A stretch of 64,000 nt of DNA from positions 128,001-192,000 of the forward strand of contig CAXXXF010000014.1 of the NCBI GenBank assembly GCA_963667175.2, in the 5' to 3' direction. Within the stretch, counting starts at the first letter, position 1. Every line of letters starts with the position of its first letter. Source of the stretch: Candidatus Latescibacterota bacterium (lineage in GTDB: Bacteria; Latescibacterota; UBA2968; GCA-2709665). The position numbers were made by a program, and so were the translations under genes. The notes under the pieces were generated by a model, which saw only the letters and a list, made by a program, of their open reading frames with translations, searched no databases and had not been told where the DNA came from. Positions 29,369 through 39,424 of the stretch are shown here, piece after piece.

Positions 29369-30571
29369 ATGAAGATCGTCGACGTCCACGTGCGGGAAGT
29401 CTCGGTTCCGCGCATCTACACCACCTATGCCGCAGACCCGCAGGGCCTTCAACCCGACGAGGACCTGAGTCGATCCAGATACCAGATTCTGGAGTTCTTC
29501 ACGGATACGGCGCACGTCGGGCTGGGCGAAGTCCCGGACATTGCGGACCGCATGAACCCTCTCGCGGGCGCCGATCTGCGCGATTTCCTCTTGCGGGAGT
29601 TGAAGGACGGAGACGTCGCCGATCGCCACGCGCTGCACACACGCGTCGCCGCGGAACTGCCGGCCGGCATTCACCCGGAGCTCCGGGGTCTCATCCTGTT
29701 CGGCGTGGAGATCGCGTTGCTCGACCTGGCCGGGAAACATTACGGCGCACCCCTGTACGAACTCCTTGGAGGACGCCGTCACGAACGCGTGCACGTCTGC
29801 TGGGTCGCCTATATGCGGCGGGGCCTTTCGCTACGCGAAGAGCTCGACGCGCTTGAAGAGGAAATCCGGACCATGGTCTCCCGGGGACTACGCGCATTCA
29901 AGCTGAAGGTCGGCGAGGATCATTCACGCGACCTGGACCGTATCGCGCGCTTCCGCGAGGTTGCGGGCCCCGACGTCTATCTGAAGGCCGACGCCAGCGG
30001 CGCGTGGGAAGAGGACGAGGCCATTGCAAAGATCCGGGATATGGCCGCGGCCGGCATCGACGCATGCGAAACCCCTGTGGTCGCGGTGAATCGCGCCGTG
30101 GCCAACGACGATCCTGAGCGGATCAACAGGAACGCCGATGCAGCGGCCTGTTCGCTGGCCCGCGTCAGGAAACAGACCCCCGTCCGGATTATCGAACACG
30201 TGGCGGATCTCGACGATGGCTTCTCCACGGCGCTCGTACGCCGCCGGGCAGTGGACGTCTTCAACCTGATCCCTTCCCAGGCCGGCGGCATCCTGCGCAG
30301 CCAGCGCCTGATCCACGTCGCGCAGGCCGCCGGAATCCCCGTGCTGCTGGGCAGCACCGTGGAGATGGGACCCGGCACCGCCGCATTCGTGCACCTCGCC
30401 GTGGCTTCCGAAAACGTTACCGTTCCCTCGGACCTCGTCGGGCCCGCCCTCCTGGTGGACGACGTCTGCAAGACGCCGTTCAGGTACCGGGACGGTACGC
30501 TGGAACCCTTCGAAATGCCCGGGCTGGGCGTTGAACTCGACGAAGAAAAAATGAAAAAATGGGCGGCCTGA
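29369..30571 (+). CDS. mandelate racemase/muconate lactonizing enzyme family (enolase superfamily)
   Basis: VGLGE, ALLDLAGK..G.PLYELLGG, FKLKVG, ADA, ETP, PGLGVELD. Confidence 0.9.
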   Translation: MKIVDVHVREVSVPRIYTTYAADPQGLQPDEDLSRSRYQILEFFTDTAHVGLGEVPDIADRMNPLAGADLRDFLLRELKDGDVADRHALHTRVAAELPAGIHPELRGLILFGVEIALLDLAGKHYGAPLYELLGGRRHERVHVCWVAYMRRGLSLREELDALEEEIRTMVSRGLRAFKLKVGEDHSRDLDRIARFREVAGPDVYLKADASGAWEEDEAIAKIRDMAAAGIDACETPVVAVNRAVANDDPERINRNADAAACSLARVRKQTPVRIIEHVADLDDGFSTALVRRRAVDVFNLIPSQAGGILRSQRLIHVAQAAGIPVLLGSTVEMGPGTAAFVHLAVASENVTVPSDLVGPALLVDDVCKTPFRYRDGTLEPFEMPGLGVELDEEKMKKWAA

Positions 30572-30586
30572 CAATGGGGGCGACGT

Positions 30587-31000
30587 TCATGACGATGCGG
30601 ATTTGCGGACGCCGAATCCCAACCCTTCATCCTCACAGAATTTCCGCAGTTTGCGTACCGCGCCACCGACCTTCCGCCCGCCGCGGGTAATGCCGAACAG
30701 GTGCTGGCTGACCACGCGCCTGGATATTCCCATAATCTCGGCGATTTCGCGCTGGGTCTTCCCGTGGCAGAAATACAGCAGCGTCGCCTCTCTCTGTTTC
30801 TCCGTCAGACAACCCGGCGCCGCAGCGAGAATCCGCAGCGCCGCTGCCGCGACCCGGTCCTCCCACGTGTATCGCAGCCGCCTGTCTTCCAGCGACTCGA
30901 ACCAGAGGCCGTCCTCGTTGGGAACCTTTTCCAGTTCGCGCTGTTCCAGCCGTACTTCCCAGAAATCCGGATGATACATAAGCTCGATCATCTCCTCCAT
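30587..31000 (-). CDS. stand-alone sigma-70 region 4 HTH protein
   Basis: LTEKQREA..LYF..GKTQREIAEIMGISRRVVSQHL. No region 2. Start uncertain (31000/30991/30979). Confidence 0.7.
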   Translation of the reverse strand: MEEMIELMYHPDFWEVRLEQRELEKVPNEDGLWFESLEDRRLRYTWEDRVAAAALRILAAAPGCLTEKQREATLLYFCHGKTQREIAEIMGISRRVVSQHLFGITRGGRKVGGAVRKLRKFCEDEGLGFGVRKSASS

Positions 31001-31287
31001 GTTACGTACAGACCGCACGTACGGGCACAAAAAAACCACGGGACAAAACCCTACCCGCGGCTCCGGAGAGGCAATCGAGTTGCGAAATAACCGGCTGTGA
31101 ATCCCTTAGAAACCCTCACGAGGCGGATAGGTCGGGTGAAACGTCGCGGTCAGCCTCATATCTCGCCTCCCTTCTCGTCGTTTTCAGATGAATCGCGGGA
31201 ACGTGAAAAACCCAAGCACCCTCGGGCGCTCATGTTGCGTGAGACAGCCTCCAACCTATACACAATCCCGGATGCACTTCCGGAACG

Positions 31288-32622
31288 TCAACCGTCGTTC
31301 CGGTTGCTCTCCACCTGCGACTTCCGCGCTCTCAATGCGTCCCACCAGTCCATCAATTCCCTGATGCGCTGCTCGTATCCCCGATCGGTGGGCCGGTAAT
31401 ATTCCCGTCCCTCCAGATTCTCCGGAAGATGGCTCTGCGCCACGAATCCCTCCGGATCATCATGCGCGTACCGGTAGCCCCGTCCGTATCCCAATTCCTG
31501 CATCAGACCCGTCGGCGCGTTTCTGAGGTGCATCGGCACGGGCAGATTCGGCTGTTCCACAACGTCCTTCCGTGCTTTGCCGTAGGCCGCGTAGACCGAA
31601 TTGCTCTTGTCCGCGGTGGCCAGATAGACGGCTGCGTGCGCGACGGCCAGATCGCCTTCCGGGCTTCCCAGAAAATCGTACGCGTCCTTTGCGGCCAGTG
31701 CAATGGAAAGCGCCCGGGGGTCCGCGTTGCCGACGTCTTCCGACGCGAACCGGACCATGCGGCGGAGGATATAGTGCGGGTGTTCGCCCGCTTCCATCAT
31801 GCGCGCCAGCCAATATAGCGACGCGTGCGGATCGCTGTCTCTCAGGCTCTTGTGAAGCGCCGAAATCAGATTGAAGTGTTCCTCGCCGCTCTTGTCGTAC
31901 AGAAACGCCTTGCCGCCCATCGCCGCCCGGACAGACTCCGCGGTTAACCGTTCGCCCGGGCCCAGGGACGCCGAAGCCATTTCGAGTACATTCAGCGCGC
32001 GTCGGGCGTCTCCCTCCGCCGCGCCCGCAATCGCCTCCAAGGCATCGGCGTCGGCGCTGACGTCCGGCAGCCCCCGCCCGTCGCCGGCAAGCGCTGCGTC
32101 CAGGATATCGCATATTGCAGGGATATCCAGCAGATTCAGTACGAACACCTGTGTGCGCGAAAGCAATGCCGCGTTCACCTCGAATGACGGGTTTTCAGTC
32201 GTGGCGCCGATCAGACTGATGGTACCGTCTTCGACGTGCGGCAGAAACGCGTCCTGTTGCGCCCGATTGAACCGGTGAATCTCGTCGATGAACAGGGTGG
32301 TCCGCCTCCCCGTCCTGCGCTCCCCCTTTGCGCGGGCAACGATTTCCCGCACCTCTTTCACCCCGGAGGTTACCGCGCTGAACGCCACGAACCGGCTTTT
32401 CGTGGACTCGGCTACAAGACGCGCGAGCGTGGTCTTTCCCGATCCGGGCGGTCCCCAGAAGATCATCGACGGCGCCCGGTCGTCTTCGATCAACTTGCGA
32501 AACGGCGCCCCCGCCGCCGTGAGATGATCCTGTCCGCGGACCTCGTCCAGGCAGCGCGGCCTCATGCGGTCCGCAAGCGGCGCCTCCGGTTCGAGCGCAG
32601 CGAACAGATCATCCCCACCCAT
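31288..32622 (-). CDS. rarA: replication-associated recombination protein A
   Basis: PLADRMRP, WGPPGSGKTT, FIDEIHRFN.AQQD, GATTENPSF, ISALHKS.R.SD, ASEDVGNADP. Confidence 0.96.
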   Translation of the reverse strand: MGGDDLFAALEPEAPLADRMRPRCLDEVRGQDHLTAAGAPFRKLIEDDRAPSMIFWGPPGSGKTTLARLVAESTKSRFVAFSAVTSGVKEVREIVARAKGERRTGRRTTLFIDEIHRFNRAQQDAFLPHVEDGTISLIGATTENPSFEVNAALLSRTQVFVLNLLDIPAICDILDAALAGDGRGLPDVSADADALEAIAGAAEGDARRALNVLEMASASLGPGERLTAESVRAAMGGKAFLYDKSGEEHFNLISALHKSLRDSDPHASLYWLARMMEAGEHPHYILRRMVRFASEDVGNADPRALSIALAAKDAYDFLGSPEGDLAVAHAAVYLATADKSNSVYAAYGKARKDVVEQPNLPVPMHLRNAPTGLMQELGYGRGYRYAHDDPEGFVAQSHLPENLEGREYYRPTDRGYEQRIRELMDWWDALRARKSQVESNRNDG

Positions 32623-32893
32623 AGCTTCTCCTCGGCCGGGCCGACAGCGACTTCAGCTTTCGCACCAGGACCCTCTCGTTGACACGGAAAGCGAACAACT
32701 CTTCGCCGTTCACCTGTACGACGGGAACCCGTTCGCTGTATCGCGCGGCCAGTTCAGGATCGCTGTCGACGTCGACGATCTCCAGCCGAAACGCGACACG
32801 CCTTCCGGCCGACTCGATGCGCCCTTTCGCGACGTCGCACAGATGGCAGTCGTTTCTGGATAGGAGCCGGACCACGGGAAGGGTTTCGGACAT
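32609..32893 (-). CDS. glutaredoxin-like protein (DUF836 type)
   Basis: SRNDCHLCDVA...VDVDSDPEL..RY..RVPVV. Confidence 0.85.
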   Translation of the reverse strand: MSETLPVVRLLSRNDCHLCDVAKGRIESAGRRVAFRLEIVDVDSDPELAARYSERVPVVQVNGEELFAFRVNERVLVRKLKSLSARPRRSYGWG

Positions 32894-33197
32894 CGGCTGT
32901 GACCACGTGCCGGCCAGTTCGGACACGGTTGAAGACGGACGGAAGGGATGGTACCACGATCGACGCAATCTGCTGAAAGTTAACCCGAAAGCCGATACGG
33001 GTCAAGCGGAACAGTCGCGTGAATCCCGGCCCTGATTTCTCTTGTTCCCCATTGAATAAGCCATATCTTGATTCGCCACCGGGCCCGTCTCCGCCGCCGT
33101 CGAAGGCCTCGCGGAGACGCGTGACAACCCGTGAGGAGCGCCCGGCGAACGGACCGCCCGGCAACCGCGTTCGGAGGTTTCCCGAAGGAAAACAGAA

Positions 33198-35357
33198 ATG
33201 GGCGAAGCGGAAATTCGCGAGCGTTACGGATGGGCGGAAATCTGCCCGGACCGCCCGGTGACGGCCGGCGCAACCGGCACGTGGCGTATCGTCTATCACG
33301 CCGGCCGCTACGGCGTGGATGACGGCGGAGTCATTAAGATCGCGTGGCGTGACGTCAGCGACTGGGAAGCGCCCCGGTTCGACCATCCGGCCGCGCCGGG
33401 GTACGCCTCGGTATCCACCACGGGACCCGCGTCACTCCGCCCCGCCTTTGAAAAACAACGCTACGTGCGGCCGTGGCGCCGGTGCGTCACCATCGACGTC
33501 TTCGACGACTCGCTTGCCGAAGGCGACACGGTCACCCTTATCCTGGGAGACACCTCGGGGGGATCGCCGGGCATCCGCGCGCAGACCTTCTGCAAGGACC
33601 GGTTTGAGTTTCGCGTAGCCGTCGACTGGTGCGGCGCCTGGGTCTACGTGGACGTGCCTTCGCCCGCCGTACCGATCGTCAGCGGCGCCCCCCGCAAGCT
33701 TGTCGCGGTCTGCGCCTCGGAAACCGCGCCCGGCGAATCCGCCTGGGTGGGAATAAAGGCGGAGGACGCGTGGGGGAACCCGTGCCGGGACTACACCGGG
33801 GAGGTCGAGGTGGATGCCGACGGCCTTGCCGGGCTCCCGGAGACGTTCCGCTTCTGCCCGGAGGATCGGGGAACCCGCCGGTTCGACGACGTCCGCGCCC
33901 CCGGACGCGGCATCTTTCGCATCGGCGTTTCCGACGGGCGGCTGGGCCTGAAAGCCGTAAGCAATCCGCTGCGGTGCGTCGAAAACGGGACGGGGCGCCG
34001 TCCATTCTGGGGCGACCTGCACGGACAGAGCGAAGAGACCGTGGGAACCAACCCGGTAGCGTCGTACTTTCGCTTCGCGCGGGAGTCGGCCTTCGTCGAC
34101 TTCGCGGGACATCAGGGGAACGATTTTCAGATCACCGAAGCCGTCTGGGAGGAAATCAAACGTCAGGCCAATACGCAGAACGATTCCGGGCGGTTTGTCA
34201 CGTTCGTCGGGTACGAATGGTCGGGAAACACCCCGGTCGGCGGCGATCACAACGTGTATTTCCCCGGCGACACCGGTCCCCTCCATCGCTCCAGCCACGT
34301 CCTGATTCCGGACAAATCCGACGCCCATACGGATTGCCTGCACGTAACGGACCTTTACGGGGCGATGAAGGGAAGAGACGTCCTGCTCGTGCCGCACGTG
34401 GGCGGCCGATACGCCGATCTGGACTGGCACGACCCCGAGCTCGAGCGACTGGTCGAGGTCTACTCCGAATGGGGGGAATTCGAATGGTTCCTCAGGTGGG
34501 CCCTCGAAAACGGCTATCGGGTGGGGTTCACCGCCGGAAGCGACGACCACAAGGGCAGGCCCGGCGCCGCGTACCCCGGCAGCGGCTCGTTCGGCGTGTA
34601 TGGCGGGCTCACGTGCGTCTTCGCAACCGAACTCACCCGGGGCGGGCTGTGGAAGGCGCTGAAAGCCCGGCGCTGTTACGGTACCACGGGTCAGCGGATC
34701 CTCGTGAACGTCACCGCCGACGGACACCCGATGGGCTCGGACCTGAAGGCGTCGGTACCGCCGGAAGTCGCGGTCGACGTGATCGGCACGGCGCCCATCG
34801 AACGCGTGGAGATATTCAGAGGACTGAAGCGGGTATACCACTACCCCGAGACCATACCCCGGTCGCGAGATCGAATCCGCATTGCCTGGTCGGGGCAGCG
34901 CATCCGTGCGCGAAATCGCCTGGTTCGCTGGGACGGCGGCCTCACCCTTACGCAGGGCAGGATACGCGACGCCGAAGGATATGCCTTCGATTCGGCTTCA
35001 GAGGGTATTACCAGTGTATCCGACCATTCCGTGACCTGGAAATCCGTCACCACCGGTGATGCCGACGGAGTCATACTCAGCGTCGACGGTCCGCCCCGGG
35101 CAGCCATCGACTTCAGGACGAACGTCGTGTCCCATACCGTCACGCTCGGGGAACTCGCGGAGGGACCTGTCCGGATTCCCGCGGGCGGAATCGATATTGC
35201 CGTTGTCTTCGAGCAGGCGCCGGCAAACGCCGGACTGGAAGCAGCCTTCACCTGGCGAGAGCCCGAACTCCAGGACGGCTGCCATCCCTACTGGGTCAGG
35301 GTGACCCAGACCGATGGCGCCAAAGCCTGGACGAGTCCCATCTACGTTAGCACGTAA
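33198..35357 (+). CDS. DUF3604 domain protein (PHP-like metallohydrolase)
   Basis: FWGDLHGQS.ET.G, HQGNDFQI, GYEWSGNT..GGDHNV, PHVGGRYA, GSDDHKGRPG, AWTSPI. Confidence 0.85.
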   Translation: MGEAEIRERYGWAEICPDRPVTAGATGTWRIVYHAGRYGVDDGGVIKIAWRDVSDWEAPRFDHPAAPGYASVSTTGPASLRPAFEKQRYVRPWRRCVTIDVFDDSLAEGDTVTLILGDTSGGSPGIRAQTFCKDRFEFRVAVDWCGAWVYVDVPSPAVPIVSGAPRKLVAVCASETAPGESAWVGIKAEDAWGNPCRDYTGEVEVDADGLAGLPETFRFCPEDRGTRRFDDVRAPGRGIFRIGVSDGRLGLKAVSNPLRCVENGTGRRPFWGDLHGQSEETVGTNPVASYFRFARESAFVDFAGHQGNDFQITEAVWEEIKRQANTQNDSGRFVTFVGYEWSGNTPVGGDHNVYFPGDTGPLHRSSHVLIPDKSDAHTDCLHVTDLYGAMKGRDVLLVPHVGGRYADLDWHDPELERLVEVYSEWGEFEWFLRWALENGYRVGFTAGSDDHKGRPGAAYPGSGSFGVYGGLTCVFATELTRGGLWKALKARRCYGTTGQRILVNVTADGHPMGSDLKASVPPEVAVDVIGTAPIERVEIFRGLKRVYHYPETIPRSRDRIRIAWSGQRIRARNRLVRWDGGLTLTQGRIRDAEGYAFDSASEGITSVSDHSVTWKSVTTGDADGVILSVDGPPRAAIDFRTNVVSHTVTLGELAEGPVRIPAGGIDIAVVFEQAPANAGLEAAFTWREPELQDGCHPYWVRVTQTDGAKAWTSPIYVST

Positions 35358-35525
35358 ACGGGTCCACCGAAAAACGCCAAATGATAAAAAAACCCTTGAC
35401 CTGCACAGGGCAGGCTTATATTATCGAACCCCGGCTCGCGCCGTAGACCCTGGCGCCCCTTTGCCCGGGGTGTATCGAACCTGTCTGTGCGTGGATTTCG
35501 AGCGAATGAAGGAGGGCCGTCATCA

Positions 35526-37115
35526 GTGTCAGCCAAGTTTGAGGAAGCCGCTGTCGTCGGGCAGCCGGAAGCCGATGCCGCGGCCGTCAACATATTGAAA
35601 AAAGGAGGCAATGCAGTTGATGCAGCCGTCACCGCCGCCCTGCTCGCCTGCGTGGTGACGCCGCACCACACCGGAATCGGCGGCTACGGCGGGGCCCTCA
35701 TGGTCTATATGAACGGTGAAGTCGGGTGCGTCGACTTCAATACCGTCGCGCCCGGCGCCGCTACCGGAAGGATGTTCCAGGTTGCCCGCTCCGACGGGCG
35801 CTTCGGGTCGCTGGTCAGGAACCGGGCCAACGAGATCGGCTGCCTTGCGGTCTCCGTTCCCGGCGTACTCGCCGGACTGGCTGCGGCGCTTGAAAAATAC
35901 GGGAAGATTCCGCTGGATCAGGCGCTTGCTCCCGCCATTCGGGCATGCAATAACGGCTTTCGGGTTTCGCCCGAGTACGCAGACGCCGTCGCGGAGAATG
36001 AAAAGCGCATCCGCGCGTCGCGGGATACCGAACGTCTGCTGATGGTCGACGGTTCATTGCCCACCACCAGGGACAGGGCAGCCAATCCGAATCTGGGCCG
36101 GATCCTCGAACAGGTCGCGAAAAACGGCGTCGATGAGTTCTACCGGGGAAGAATCGCGGGACGAATTGTCAAATATATCCGGGAAAACGGCGGCATACTG
36201 ACGGAAGACGACTTCGCGGACTTCCGGGCCCGCCACGTCGAACCCGCCCGCGCGTCCTGCCTCGGTTTCGATCTCTACACCGCGCCACTGTGTTCCAGCG
36301 GCCTTACGGTACTGCAGATGTGCCGCGTTGCGGAAGTTGCCGAACTGGACCTCTGGGCCCGCGACGCCGCACGCCTTGCCCACGGCCTGACCGAAACCAT
36401 CCGCGCCGCATGGCTGGACCGCTACCGATATTTCGGCGACCCCGCATTTGTCAACGTACCCCTCGAAACCCTGACTTCCGACGTCCAGATCGGTGCGACG
36501 GGGCGCGAAATCGCGGAGCACGTGTCGGAGGGAACGCGCGGGCAGGCACTCCTGCGCCCGCTTTCGTACGGCGGCACGACCCACGTCTCTATTGTGGACC
36601 GCGACCGGAACATGGCTTCCCTGACCCTGACCCACGGACCGGGTTTCGGTTCATTTGTCACCGTACCCAGAATGGGGCTTATCATGAACGCCGGCATGTC
36701 CCGCTTCGATCCCGGCTCGGGACTGCCCAATTCGGTGGACGCGGGCAAGTCGCCCGTCAACAACATGTGCCCCATGCTCATCCTCAGCGACGGGGAGCCG
36801 GTGATGACGCTCGGTGCGTCGGGAGGAACCCGCATTCCTTCCTCGCTGTTTCAGGTGCTCGCAAGGCGACTGGTGCTCGACGAGGACCTCGACTGGGCGG
36901 TCAGCGCGCCAAGAGTACACTCCGAGGGCAACGAATGGGTCGCCGTTGAAGAAGGGTTTGGAGAAATCGCGCCCGACTACCTGAAGTCGGAGGTCAAATA
37001 CACACTGGGCAGGGGGAGTGCGGCCGCCAACGTACGGGCCATCGAAATCACCGAGGACAACGAGCTTCTCGCCACTCTCGATCCCAGAATCCGGGGGAAG
37101 GAGAAAGGGCTCTGA
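35526..37115 (+). CDS. ggt: gamma-glutamyltransferase family Ntn-hydrolase
   Basis: GGNAVDAAV, GIGGYGG, VSVPG, FYRG.IA, GTTHVSIVD nucleophile, GASGG..I. GTG 35526 after GGAGGG. Confidence 0.88.
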   Translation: MSAKFEEAAVVGQPEADAAAVNILKKGGNAVDAAVTAALLACVVTPHHTGIGGYGGALMVYMNGEVGCVDFNTVAPGAATGRMFQVARSDGRFGSLVRNRANEIGCLAVSVPGVLAGLAAALEKYGKIPLDQALAPAIRACNNGFRVSPEYADAVAENEKRIRASRDTERLLMVDGSLPTTRDRAANPNLGRILEQVAKNGVDEFYRGRIAGRIVKYIRENGGILTEDDFADFRARHVEPARASCLGFDLYTAPLCSSGLTVLQMCRVAEVAELDLWARDAARLAHGLTETIRAAWLDRYRYFGDPAFVNVPLETLTSDVQIGATGREIAEHVSEGTRGQALLRPLSYGGTTHVSIVDRDRNMASLTLTHGPGFGSFVTVPRMGLIMNAGMSRFDPGSGLPNSVDAGKSPVNNMCPMLILSDGEPVMTLGASGGTRIPSSLFQVLARRLVLDEDLDWAVSAPRVHSEGNEWVAVEEGFGEIAPDYLKSEVKYTLGRGSAAANVRAIEITEDNELLATLDPRIRGKEKGL

Positions 37116-37239
37116 GGCGCTCGCGACTATCCGTCATCCGGCCCGGCCACCGATGCCGGCGCCGGTGGATTCCACGAGCGACCTGAACGTCCGCAAAGAT
37201 TCATTATAAATAACTGGAAAATAAGGATATATTTACGGA

Positions 37240-38364
37240 GTGAAGACGTACCCCTTTGGCAGCGGCCGTCCCGATCCGGCCTCCTTTCCCAATCGGGGCC
37301 TGGCGGATGCGGCCCTGCGCATTCTGCCGGAGCTGGGCGACGAACTGGCGTCTTATCCCGGTTTGCTCGGGTACGAGCCGCTCAGGAAACTGATGGCTCA
37401 ACGGTTCGCGCGCCGGGAAGGCGTCGTCCTGCCCGTCGATCAAATCGCACTCACCACGGGCTCCATGCAGGCGGTAACGCTCGTGGCTCAGGAATTCGTC
37501 GAGTCGCCCGGCGACGTGATCGTGCTCGAGGAATACTCGTACTCGGGCACCCTGAGCGCCTACCGCAAGGAGGGGGCCGAACTCGTCGGCGTCCCGCTCG
37601 ACGAACACGGCATGCGGATGGACGCCCTCGAGCGTACCCTCGACAAGCTGGTGTACCGGAACAGAAAACCGAAATTCATCTACACGCTGGCAACCTACCA
37701 GAACCCCACGGGATCGATCATGCCGGTCGATCGACGCCGGGAACTTCTGGACATTGCGGGCCGTTACGGGATACCGGTGGTTGAAGACCACTGTTACGCC
37801 GACACCGTCTACGAAGACCGCCACGAACCCGCCCTGTGGACACTCGAACGTGATACGCCGGTGATTCACATAGAGTCTCTGTCCAAAATCCTTGGGCCCG
37901 GTGTCCGTCTCGGCTATCTCGCGGCGCCCCGACGTCTGCTCGACCGGATTCTCCAGTACCGGCGCGACGGAGGAGCCAGTGCGCTCAGCGCGGCCATCGT
38001 CTGCGAATATTTCAGAGAAGAACTCTGGTCGCACGTGGACAGAATCAACGCCATCGTCCGGAAGAAACGCGATCTGATGTTCGACATGCTCTCGCGTTTT
38101 CCGGACGCATTCGAGTGGTTCAGCCGTCCCAGCGGCGGTCTGTTCATCTGGGTCAAGCTGCCCGACGCCACCGATACCGTCGCATGTGAGCAGCTTGCCG
38201 AATCGATGGGAATCGACTACGCGACCGGCAAGGCATTCCACGTGTACAATATAGACGTGCCGTACATCAGACTTGCATTCGGCTTCGCAACGCACGACGA
38301 CATACGCGCCGGCATACCCGTACTGGCCGATTGCATTCGCAGAAGCCGCAAACTGCCGGGTTGA
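37240..38364 (+). CDS. PLP-dependent aminotransferase class I/II (2-aminoadipate/aromatic type)
   Basis: G.P.P..FP, TTGSMQA, YQNPTG, EDHCY, SLSKILGPGVRLG, PSGGLFIW. Confidence 0.9.
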   Translation: MKTYPFGSGRPDPASFPNRGLADAALRILPELGDELASYPGLLGYEPLRKLMAQRFARREGVVLPVDQIALTTGSMQAVTLVAQEFVESPGDVIVLEEYSYSGTLSAYRKEGAELVGVPLDEHGMRMDALERTLDKLVYRNRKPKFIYTLATYQNPTGSIMPVDRRRELLDIAGRYGIPVVEDHCYADTVYEDRHEPALWTLERDTPVIHIESLSKILGPGVRLGYLAAPRRLLDRILQYRRDGGASALSAAIVCEYFREELWSHVDRINAIVRKKRDLMFDMLSRFPDAFEWFSRPSGGLFIWVKLPDATDTVACEQLAESMGIDYATGKAFHVYNIDVPYIRLAFGFATHDDIRAGIPVLADCIRRSRKLPG

Positions 38365-38401
38365 ATGCATTCCTCGAGGCCACGTCGCAGGAGGCCCTGT
38401 C

Positions 38402-39196
38402 TTGAATACGAACGCAGCCGTGCCCCGGCCCGCGCCAATTCCGGGTGTCCGTCACCTGGTCGCCGTCGCCAGCGGCAAGGGCGGCGTGGGAAAATCCACC
38501 ACAGCCGCCAATCTTTGCGTTGCGCTGGCACGTCAGGGCGCCGCAGTGGGTCTCATGGACGCGGACATCTACGGCCCGAACGTTCCGATCATGATGGGCA
38601 TCGACGGAACGCCGGACATGGATCCGAACGGCGGGATTGTTCCCCTCGAACGCTACGGTGTCAAAATGATTTCCCTCGGTCTGATCACCGAAGCGGGCGC
38701 TCCGGTGATCTGGCGGGGTCCGATGCTGGCCAAAATGGTATTGCAATTCCTCCGGGACGTTGCGTGGGCGCCGCTGGACTTTCTCCTGATAGATCTGCCG
38801 CCCGGAACGGGCGACGTTCAGCTAACCCTGATTCAGTCCGCGCGCCTTGACGGCGCCGTCATTGTCACAACGCCGCAATCCGTGGCGCTCGAGGACGTGC
38901 GCCGCGGCATCCGGATGTTCAACACGGTGGACGTACCCGTTCTGGGTATCGTCGAAAACATGAGCGAATATATCTGCGGCAGGTGCAATACCCGGACCGA
39001 TATCTTCGGGCAGGGCGGCGGCAGAAAAATGGCCGCTGAATACGACGTGCCTCTGCTGGGCGAAATCCCGCTCGACACGCGGATACGCCGGGGCGGAGAT
39101 ACCGGCGCCCCCGTTTCGGCCGTCGATCCCGAATCCCGGATCTCCCGGCGTTACGCCGATATTGCGTCGAGCGTCAGAAAGGCCGTGGAGAGTTAG
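38402..39196 (+). CDS. mrp: Mrp/NBP35 (ApbC) Fe-S cluster carrier ATPase
   Basis: VASGKGGVGKST, DADIYGP, WRGPM, DLPPGTGD, VTTPQ, ENMS..CGRC. AGGAGG+TTG 38402. Confidence 0.93.
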   Translation: MNTNAAVPRPAPIPGVRHLVAVASGKGGVGKSTTAANLCVALARQGAAVGLMDADIYGPNVPIMMGIDGTPDMDPNGGIVPLERYGVKMISLGLITEAGAPVIWRGPMLAKMVLQFLRDVAWAPLDFLLIDLPPGTGDVQLTLIQSARLDGAVIVTTPQSVALEDVRRGIRMFNTVDVPVLGIVENMSEYICGRCNTRTDIFGQGGGRKMAAEYDVPLLGEIPLDTRIRRGGDTGAPVSAVDPESRISRRYADIASSVRKAVES

Positions 39197-39424
39197 CGCG
39201 TCGGACGTCCGTCCCATGAGGCTGGGCCGTCGAAAGAATGGCGGCCCATTGGCTTTTTTGCGAAACATCCGGCATCACTGAAGCGTCAAAGACGGCGGGA
39301 GATTTCACCCGAACCGGCATCGCATGAACCGGCGCCGTACCAGGCGAAGTTTCGGCGGCGATGCAGCCTCGCTGCCGCATGCCGCCGGGAGTGTCCACAC
39401 ATCGTCCGGAAGGATATACGGATA

